DNA of 64,000 nucleotides, taken from Lama guanicoe (taxonomy: Eukaryota). The position numbers and the translations under genes were made by a program. Location of the stretch: NCBI GenBank assembly GCA_013239625.1, contig MU054187.1, positions 12,007,325 to 12,071,324 on the forward strand. Direction: 5' to 3'. Shown here piece after piece: positions 1-8,932 of this stretch; the first letter of the stretch is position 1; every line of letters starts with the position of its first letter. The notes under the pieces are model-generated. The model was given only the letters and a program-made list of their open reading frames with translations, was not told where the DNA came from and made no database searches.

Positions 1-50
1 TTGGCATAGCCACTGTGAAAGACAGTTTGGAGATTCTTCCAAAGACTAAC
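1..50 (+). mobile_element. L1 fragment (ORF2 3' region), cut by window edge
   Basis: ttggcatagccactgtgaaagacagtttggagattcttc resembles the L1 motif also seen at ~41768 (ttggtacagccactatagaaaatagaatggagtttcctc). Confidence 0.6.
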
Positions 51-390
51 TAAACCCACAGTTGCCAAAACATTTCGATCTCGGGGGCAGGCCGACAACT
101 TCCCAAAAGCCCCGGGCCTCGCCCATTATTCCAACCTGGAGGGCCCAGGGCGGCCTGCCACCGCCAGGCAGGTCCACCTAAGCAGGAAGGCCATGGCCTG
201 AGGACCGGTCAGAGGTGCTCCAAGGTCACTTCGGTGCCCTCCCACCTCCCGGGGCTGCTCCCGTTTTCCCAAAGCCACGTGCGAGCTGCGATGAAGACAC
301 CAGGGTTCAGTGATTATTGATGGCAGGGGCGATGCACCACAAACCAGGGTGGCGGCCCCGGACCCGCCTCAGGGGCCTAATGGGCCATGA

Positions 391-842
391 GGCCCAGGCC
401 TCACCTACACAGCCCTCCCTGTGCGCCTCCCCAGTGCAGCCCAGGCCTCAGCCACCAGCTGCTCGACCTGCCCGCCCCCACCGGCGCCCCCTTACCTGCC
501 AGGCGACAGCAGCGGAGGCGAAGGCACGCGGCGGCCGGACCCAGGGCTGTGCTCCTCCTCGGGCAGCCGACCCAGAAGCACCCGGCCCCGGCCCAGCTCC
601 CGCAAGCCCTGGGCCGGCTCCCGCACAGTCCTGCATGCGCGTCCTCGTCACCGCCCTTCCCCCTCCTGCCGGTAGCTGGGACGCTCCGGCTGGGGCTCCC
701 GCACTAAGGGACACGGCCAGTGGGGCCGACAGGGGCCGGGTCCGATAGGGGCCGAGCCCGGCCACGCGAGGCCAGGCCGAGGGGCGGTGGGGCTGGTCCA
801 CCCCGTGGCCCAGACTGGCCAGCCCCGTGGCCCAGGACTGGG
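391..842. repeat. CpG-rich ~450-bp unit, copy 1 of a direct duplication
   Basis: Alignable by eye end to end with 1434-1852 (ggcc..ggcctcacctacac ... tggccc.ggactgg). Confidence 0.9.
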
Positions 843-879
843 TAGCCGAGTTTCAACCCCCAATGCCACCCCACCCATA

Positions 880-1405
880 CACTGACAGGTTCATAACGCA
901 CCTAGGCCTAACACTGAACCTTGCCATAAACCTCAATATACCCCTAATTTCCAACCTAGCCCTACAACTAAATATAGCCCTTACCCTGTACCTAGAACAA
1001 ACACTGAACCTAGCCTTAAGGCTGAACCTAGCCCTACTGGAGAACACACACCTAACACTGCATGTAGCCCTAATCCCTAAACTAGCTGTAACCCTGTAAC
1101 TAGCCCTATCCTAAACCTAGCCCTAACCTTGAACCTAGCCCTGACAGTGAACCTAGCCCAACTGTGAAAACAGCCCTAACCCTGAACATAGCCTGAACCC
1201 TGAACCTAACCCTAATCCTAACCCTCAACCAAGCCCTCACCCAGCACCTAGCCCTAACCCTGTGCGAAACACTAACAATGAACCCAGCCGTAAACCTGAA
1301 ACTTGCCTTAACGCTGAACACAGCACTAAGCCTGCATATAGCCTGAACCATGAACCTAGTCCAACTCTACCCCTAGCCCTAAAGCTGCAACTAGCAGTAT
1401 CCCTG
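880..1405 (+). repeat. Degenerate telomere-like array (CCCTAA variants; 18-bp consensus AACCTAGCCCTAACCCTG)
   Basis: Repeated ccctaa/cctagc/cctgaa hexamers, e.g. aacctagccctaaccttg aacctagccctgacagtg; also explains the L-x-L-x-L low-complexity ORF 827..1099. Confidence 0.88.
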
Positions 1406-1433
1406 CTTTAGGGTTTCCTATATATACTATCAC

Positions 1434-1852
1434 GGCCCGGGCCTCACCTACACAACCCTCCCTGAGCGCCTCCCCAGCGCAGCCCAGGCCTCAACCACCG
1501 GCTCCCCAACCTCCGCGCCCCCACCGGCGCCCCCTTACCTGCCAGGCGACAGCAGCGGAGACGAAGTCACGCAGCGGCCCGGACTCCAGGCCGTGTTCCT
1601 CCACGGGGAGCAGGCCCAGGAACACTCGGCTCCAGGCCTGATACTCATGCCCTGCGCCGGCTCCTGCGTCAGGCCACAAGTGTGCATCCGTGGGCGCGGT
1701 GCCCTCAGCTCCTCCTGCAGGTAGTGTAGACGCTGGGGCTGGGGCTCCTGCGGTGCGGGACGCTATTAGTGGGGCCGAACCAGGCCATGCGGGGCTCGGC
1801 GGTGGGCCAGTGGGGTGGTGGGGCTGGCCCCCCTCATGGCCCGGGACTGGCT
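1434..1852. repeat. CpG-rich unit, copy 2 of the direct duplication
   Basis: Homologous to 391-842, including a 45-nt identical core (473-517 vs 1516-1560). Confidence 0.9.
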
Positions 1853-2599
1853 GTGTCCCTGACCCCAACAGGGTCCCGGCACCCGATTAGAACCACTACC
1901 CACCAAGGGCCAGGCCACAAACCCCACAGTCCTACTCCCCACACTCACCCCCACACAAATCCCCCAGCCCTGTCATGTCCCCCACACTCCCTGACCAGGC
2001 CTGATCCCCGACCAGACCCCCAAGACAAGTCTCCTTTTATACTCCAGTCTCTGCCCCACTAGCTTCTAACCTATAGCCACCGCAAACAGGCTGCCTCTCA
2101 TGCATCACCCCGGGGCCCCCGCCATCCTGTGATCATCCCCTCGCCCTTCACCCTGGGATTGTCCACCACCCCTCAGCTGGGTACCCCTATTCCAAGTACC
2201 CCTTACCCCGGGCCGGCCCCTTCACGCCTCAGCCAGGTCACTTACAGTCGATAATGCCCCTACTCTTCAACCTGTCCCCTCTCACCGCAGGATCCCCCCT
2301 CGCTCTGAGCGCACCCCTACCCAAGCTGACCCCCTCACCCCTCACCCCACCAGGGGTGGGGCCATCTGCGCTCAGCTCACCATAGTAAAAAGCCACCAGA
2401 CAGCGGACACACAGCCCAGCGTCCAAGGCTCCTCCGCGGCGTGATGGCCAGGGCTTGAGGCCATTCCAATTCCCGTCTGGGTGCAGGCCTGCACCCCAGC
2501 CCCATGCCCAGGGCCTCCTCTGAGCCAGGGGGTCAGGGTGGTCCCAGGCTGCAGGCTGCTCGCCAGTGGGCCTTGGGTGGGTGATGGCACGCATGGTGA

Positions 2600-4990
2600 T
2601 CTGGACCATACTCTCCTCCTGGAAGCAAGCTGACTTGCACACTAGCGTCTGGAGAATCTAGGGCAGCAAAGGCTACCCCTACGCCAGGTGGCAGGGGAGA
2701 TGGGAGCAAATGGAATAGCTTGCTTTGGGCACCGCCCTCCCACCAACGCTGCCTGGATTGCCACTATCCTCTGAACACACGCTGCCTATATCCTGGGAGC
2801 AAGCTGACCTGGAGACGGGCGTCAGGAGGACCTGGGAAAACAAATGCAACCCCCAGGCCAGGCCCTGGGTGAGTTAGGAGCAAGGGGACCAGCTCGACCC
2901 AGGCATCTCCCTTCACCCTGCCACTGCTGCCACCACCAGTGCTATCCCCTGAACGCATGAAGTCCGCGTTCCGGGAGTAGGCTGACTGAGACATCTGTGT
3001 CCTGAGATTTGGGCAGCAGAGACTGCCCCCAGGCCAGGCCGCTGGGGAGATGGGACCAAATAGACCAGGTTGCCCCGGGCAACCTCTCCTGCCAATGCCG
3101 CCTGCGCGCCCCTACCCTCTGAGCCCTACCCTCTGAACACACGGTGCCCGCCTCCAGGGAGCAAGCTGACCTGGAGACAGGCGTCAGGAGGAACTGGGAA
3201 AAAAACGCAGCCCCCAGGCCAGGACCCAGGTGAGATGGAAGCAAGTGGACCACCTAGCCCCGGACATCTTCCTTCCCCAGCCACCGCCAGTGCTATCCCC
3301 TGAACGCCTGGAGTCCGCATTCCGGGAGTAGGCTGACTGAGACATCTGTGTCCTGAAATTGGGGCAGCAGAGGCTGCCCGCAGGCCAGGCCGCGGGGGAA
3401 ATGGGAGCAAATCAACAGGCTTCCACGTGCATGCACCACCACCCCACCACTCCACGGCCTGAGAGCCCCTGGCCACCTTGCGAACGCCTACTGACCAGGA
3501 TACGTGCGTCCCGAGAACCTGCGGCAGTAGAGGCCGTCCGTAGGCAAGGCGCGGGGTAGATGGGGCAGCCAGGAGCAAGTCGATGGTGTCCCACAGAGCA
3601 GCTGCCCTCCATGCATCGCTGTGGTAAACATTTCTTGAACCCAACTCACCTGCCTACCCAAGCCTACTGCCCTAGAGAGATGCATGGCCAACTTGGGGCA
3701 GCAGAGGGCACCCCTAGGCCAGGCCGGGAGGGAGATGGGAACCAATCCACGAGGCCACCTCACACCAGCTGCCACTGCCGCCTCCCCTTCATCGCACCAT
3801 GCCTCCTTCCCAAGTGTCGGCTATGAACCCGAGCATCAGGGGAAACTGAGGCAAAAGAGGCCACCCCCAGAAAAGGCCGCGGGGAAGATGGGAACAAATG
3901 GAGGCTCGTCAGGACATCCCCCCCTCACACAGCCGGCATCCCCCCCTCACACAGCCGCCACCGCCGTCGGTCCCGCAGCCAAGGCCCATGACCAAACCGC
4001 GCCTGACTCTAGGGAGCAGGCTGCGCTCAAGAATCTGTGGCAGCAGAGGTCACCCCCAGGCCAGGCGCAGTGGAGACTGGGGACACAGAAGAGACCAAAT
4101 AGACAGACTCCCACAGGGCAGCACCCCTCCATCCCACCTCCATCGCTGCCCCCCTAACCACACCGCGCAGCTTCCTGCGAGCCCACTGACTGACCTGGAG
4201 AGGTGCATCCAGGGAACCTGGGGCAGCAAAGGGCGCCCCAGGCTAGGCCATGGCAGCGATGGGAGCAAATCGACGGGCTCCCATATTGCAGGACCCCTCC
4301 CCTTCCAGCTGCTGCCTCTGCCGTCACCACTTGAGCACACAGGGCCGCCTTGGGAACAGACTGAACCAGAGACGCGGGTCCCACGAACCTGGGGCAGCAG
4401 AGGCCACCCCCAGGACAGGCAAGGTATATAGATAGGGCAGCTGAGAGCAAATCGACGGGGTCACACCCGGCAGCCACCCTTCCCGCCTTACCACAGCAAG
4501 CGATCCCTGACCTCAACTCGCCCGCCTCCCAGGAGCCTACTGCCCTAGAGAGACGCGTAGACAACTTGGGGCAGCAGAGGGCGTCCCCAGGCCAGGCCAC
4601 GGGGGAGATGAGAGCACATCAGTGGGTTCCCATATGGCAGCCCCCATATCCCCGCCGCGGCCACCTGATGGCACTAGACCACCTCTCTGCAGCGGGCTAA
4701 CAGGCATACATGATTCCAGGGAACCTGAGCCAGCAGAGGTCTCCCCCGTGCCAGGCTGAGGAGGGGGAAGATGGGAGCAAATGTACCGGCTCCCAAAGGG
4801 CAGCACCTACCTACCCCCCTGAGCCACTGCCGCTGTAACCACCAGGGTCACCTGACCCCACCAGGCCACCTCCCAGGATCAGGCTGAGGGGAACGTGCTT
4901 CTCCAACCTGGGGCAGCAGAGGCCAGGTCCCATTGGAGATGGTAGCAAATCCAGGGTCTCCCACGTGGCATCCCCCCTGCTGTTGCTGCT
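2600..4990. repeat. GC-rich satellite-like tandem array, ~14 diverged units of ~160-190 bp
   Basis: Motif GGGGCAGCAGAGG..CCCCAGGCCAGG...GAGATGGGAGCAAAT recurs near 2660, 2832, 3011, 3194, 3361, 3520, 3695, 3849, 4038, 4220, 4391, 4568, 4727, 4910. Confidence 0.88.
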
Positions 4991-6263
4991 GGAATTCATT
5001 GTTCTTAGTCTCGCTTAAGCGCAGATGAACTGTATGTAGAACAAGTTTTTTAGAAGATAAACCTTGTTCTTGGGTTGTGAATTCCAATCAGCAAAATGGT
5101 AAGGTGTTTATTTTTGCCCAAACATGCGGATCTGCCTGTAAATTTTTTTTTTAAATCATACCATTTGATTATGCTTAGAAAACCCTTCAGATTTGGTTTT
5201 AGGACAATGATGTTATAGTCTTAACTATTTTCTCAATTCCAATTAAATCACCTAAGTTGTTAAAATTTCTACATGTGTCGTAAGTAGAGTTACCATAAAG
5301 CTGTTAGTTTTTAAACTACTGAGAGATATATATACATATATCTCCATATATATGTATAACTTGTCCCAATAAGACATATAAATACTGTCTTCTCAAATCT
5401 AGTGGTAAAAAAATCTTTCCCACATAATCATACAGCAACTCTGGTATCTTACATTGCTTCTCAAATAATGTGAAGAACAAATAAATACTTTAAATGTTGA
5501 TAACAACCTGTTCTGAGCCAAGAGGAGAGATCTAATACAGAGGAAGAGTGCATCCAAAACATATTCAATAAACTACATTGTTAAAACAGCCTAAAGTCAG
5601 TATAAAAAGAGAAGCAGAAAGGGACATGTGAAAGCTGTAAACTGCTTAATGCAGCAGAGAAACCCTGTTCACACTACTCATTGCTTTCCCTTTTTTTCTT
5701 ATTTAATTTCTAATATTTTCCTCCCAACGATGTAGGTTAAGCCAGGATTTTCACTTCACTCCATTCTTTGGCAAGTAATTGCGCTTTGCCCTGGGTTTCC
5801 ATTCCCAGTTTACTAGAGAAAGCCAAAGCAAAAGCAGAAAAAAATAAAAGCAAAATGGAAACAAAGTAAAATCATTCACAGAAAACAAGTCAGTGCCTAG
5901 GTGATATTTGCAGGAGACTTATGCATGAGAACAATACCTCTAGCACATTCCTCATCCTAGAAACACAGCAAGAAAAGTAATAAGACCGTCGGATCGATCT
6001 TAATGTCACTGACTTTTAATGAAATAAAGTTTTCAAGATCTGTCTGGACCCAAGCTTGGCGTGGACAGAATGAGTGCTCCTTTACCAGTTTACTTTGAAA
6101 GGAACAAAGAAGAGTGTTAATAACACTAAGGGCTTTTACTGCAGTGCCCCTCTCTGCGTTCATAAAGCCATTTAACAATCCTGAGGTGAAAATCTCCATG
6201 GGTTCCACACCTCACTCCATCCTTTACTCACAGGGACACTGTGGGTTGTCCTAATGATAGGAG

Positions 6264-6765
6264 TGTAAAAGAAAAGGACAAATCTGACTTCATATACTAA
6301 ATCTGTTCCTTTGACTTTAACCCTGTGCTGTTTCCTAGGTTTCGTCTTCCTGGTTCTGCACCTTTTGTAAATCAATGTTGCCTTGAGTCTGAAATGTATG
6401 GGAGAGCCTATTCTCAGGCTCTGACCTTTAAGGATATTCACACTTTTCTGTTCATATAAAGATAACAAGTTGCAGAATAGAAACTAACATTTGTTTTGTT
6501 GGAGGTTTACAGGGAAACCATAATCTGACCCATGTGGACAGCTGCAAAAAGCAAAGGATTCCAATAACAAAGAATTCCTACACCAAGAAGTTTGCAACAA
6601 GCAAGCACACTCCCTCCCCTTTTTAGTTGAAAAAGAGCCTGAATTCTGACTTGGGGAAGATGGGTTTCCAGTACATCAGTCTGCCAACTTGGTCTACCAG
6701 CTTTCCAGATAAAGTCACTATTCCTTGCCCCAACACCTTGTCTCCTGATTCATTGGCCTGTCACG
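6264..6765 (+). mobile_element. ERV1-like solo LTR, apparently 3'-truncated
   Basis: Begins TGTAAAAG; LTR-like 3' part (gataaagtcactattccttgccccaacaccttgtctcctgattcattggcctgtc); no internal ERV ORFs. Confidence 0.6.
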
Positions 6766-8483
6766 TGGGAAACTAGAAGGAGATCTTAGGCTGGGACAAA
6801 TACCTCCTCCCTGACAGAACATGGGGAGGTGGCCCCTACACCTGCCGGTCAAAACAGGCCTCCCCTCTTTACTCTGCTGCAGTAACCCAGGGGCAGGGCC
6901 CCACCTTCCCTGAGACTGGGGTAGTCCATAATCCAGCCTGCTTTGCTCCAGGCCCCTTCACCTAAGAGCATCTTGGAGGAGGGGAATGTAGGCAGAACAG
7001 GAAGCAATGAGGATGAACATTTGTTGCTGGCAGCAGCAGCAATGATGGGTGTCTAAGAATGACACACTGAACAAAAGACAACATAACTGTCCAGAGGTAG
7101 TTTGTGACCAGAGGAAAGATGGAACCAGAACCTTGGGGGGTAGGGAGGAGCAGAAGTGTGGGGGTGGGTTAGCTCCTTGTTATTAGTGCCCCATGTGAGG
7201 GAAGGGGAAACTGAGGCTGAGAGTGGAAACAGATGGGGAGTGGCTCAAGTCCACCTTGAGTGGCTGCCACAGGGAACCCAGGCCCCTGGGCCTCCCCTGG
7301 ATAAAGGTAACTGCCATCTCCATCACTGCAGTAGATTCCACGGTGAGGGCAAGGTGGGATAGAGCCTGCTTAGAGAGGGTAGGAGGTTAGACCCTCCTGC
7401 CTTCCTTCCTGTGCCCTCAAGGGGGCTGCCCAACCTAGTGCAGGGATGAGGCAAGCTGGGGAGAAAAATGGATGTGAGTGACACATGCTGCTGCTGGTAC
7501 AGTGGGAGTGGGCCATGTCAGAAGCGATGGGTCTTGGGCTCATTTTAAGGCCAGGGGAGCCCTCCCAGGCCCCTTAATGGGAAGCCAGAGGGAAGAGTCA
7601 GGAATCAAAAGGGGCCCCCAGACCAAGGGCCCAGCCAGCAGTGTCCCTACCACTGAAGGAGTGGGGACACAGCAGCTCATGGAGGAGCGAAGTGGGAAGT
7701 CAGCTCTGTCCAGGGGACAGGTGTGGCGCATGGGTGAGAGGGGTCGCTGGGAACTGAAATCAAAGGAAAACTGCTTCCCACTGGCCCAGGGACCCTGCAG
7801 CAGCTGGTGTGGGTGTAGTGTGGCAGTGAGGACTCAGGTAGCTGGCAGTGATGCGTGGACCTGGGGGAAGGGGTGGGCGGCAGTGGGAGGGAGCAAAGCT
7901 GTGCAGTCCACCAAGAAAACTCGTCCTTGGCGAGGGAGCCGGTGGCAGAGTGGCGCGGTCACTACTGCTCCTCTGAGGACTCCTACCTGATGCTCGCTTC
8001 TTCCTCCTTCTCCAGTGTTTGGGGTCGGCCCCTTGGTTCCTCCCTGGAGCTGTGGTGGTTTTCTGGATCTTGGCAGCAGCCTTGTTTTTGCTGCCCTTTG
8101 GTGGCCCCAAGATCTCTTAGGTGTTGGCATTTTGCTGGGCTCCTTTTGACTCCCTACCAGCACTGCCAGGACTCCACTTGAGGCCCTTGGCTCGCTCCTC
8201 AGGGCCATCCTTTTCCTGCTTGGAAGCCAAGGGCTGGCTGGACTTCAAGCTCCACTCGCTCCTCCTCCCTCATCTGTGGAGCAACTGGAGAAGCCACAGC
8301 TGGGATGCGCCAGCTTGGCCACCCGGCCTGCGGTGCACTCACCGGGCTGCAGGGGGCCAGGGTGCTGGGTGGTGAGGACCCGCCTGGCTTTGCCACCACC
8401 GCTGATGGTAGCAAATGTGGATACCTTCTTGGAGCCGCGCCAGGGCCAGAAATGCCTGGACTCGGACTCGGGAGTCCCATTTA
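6766..8483 (-). pseudogene. HMGA1: HMGA1 processed pseudogene (HMGA1a-type; 5'UTR, CDS remnant ~8263-7959, most of 3'UTR)
   Basis: Minus-strand translation gives KSSQPLASKQEKDG, LVGSQKEPSKMPTPKR, PKGSKNKAAAK..KTTTAPGR, PRGRP.TLEKEEE...SSEEQ; intronless; UTRs match HMGA1 mRNA as I recall it; ATG>AGG, frameshifts and a premature TAG. Confidence 0.95.
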
Positions 8484-8544
8484 CAGGTCAGCTTTTCACT
8501 ATTAAAAACAATTCAGAAAAACCCTTGTAGACAGATGAATTAAT

Positions 8545-8932
8545 CTATGCAGGCTGCCATAACAGAATACCACAGGATTGGTAACTTAAACAACAGAATT
8601 TTACTTTTTCACAATCCTGAAGCCTTGAAATCCAAGATCAAGGTGCTGGCAGGGTTGGTTTCTTGTGAGAGCTCTCTTCCTGGCTTGCAGACAGATGCCT
8701 TTCTCCTTGTGCCCTCAGTGGCCTTTCTTCTGAGAACACTTTGAGAGAGAGCTCTGGGTTCCCTTCCTCTTCTTAGGAAGATGTCAGCCTCATTGGATTA
8801 AGGCCCCAACCGTATGACGTCATTTAGCCTTATTACTTCCTTAAAAGCCCTGCCTCCAAATACAGTCACATTGGGAGTTCGGGGGTTAGGGCTTCAACAC
8901 ATCAATGAGGGGGGGAATTCACTCCATAACAA
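8545..8932 (-). mobile_element. MaLR LTR (MLT1A/MST-like)
   Basis: ggctgccataacagaataccacagg...ccaagatcaaggtgctggcaggg...ctccaaatacagtcacattggg...gggttagggcttcaaca. Confidence 0.8.

Noticed and set aside
827..1351. Leucine-periodic and Arg/Val-periodic ORFs
   Set aside because: Translations of the telomere-like hexamer array
1400..1420. TTAGGG right after the CCCTAA-like array as a telomere fusion signature
   Set aside because: Only one hexamer, and the order is opposite to the TTAGGG-then-CCCTAA junction of an end-to-end fusion
2600..4990. CRISPR-like repeat/spacer appearance
   Set aside because: Eukaryotic DNA, repeats are degenerate, the intervening segments are homologous to each other, and there are no cas genes
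317..4999. Many overlapping Pro/Gly/Ala-rich ORFs
   Set aside because: Expected from stop-poor GC-rich repeats in all six frames; no recognisable protein family
7478..8530. Plus-strand ORFs of 66-170 aa
   Set aside because: Antisense to the HMGA1 pseudogene and its UTRs
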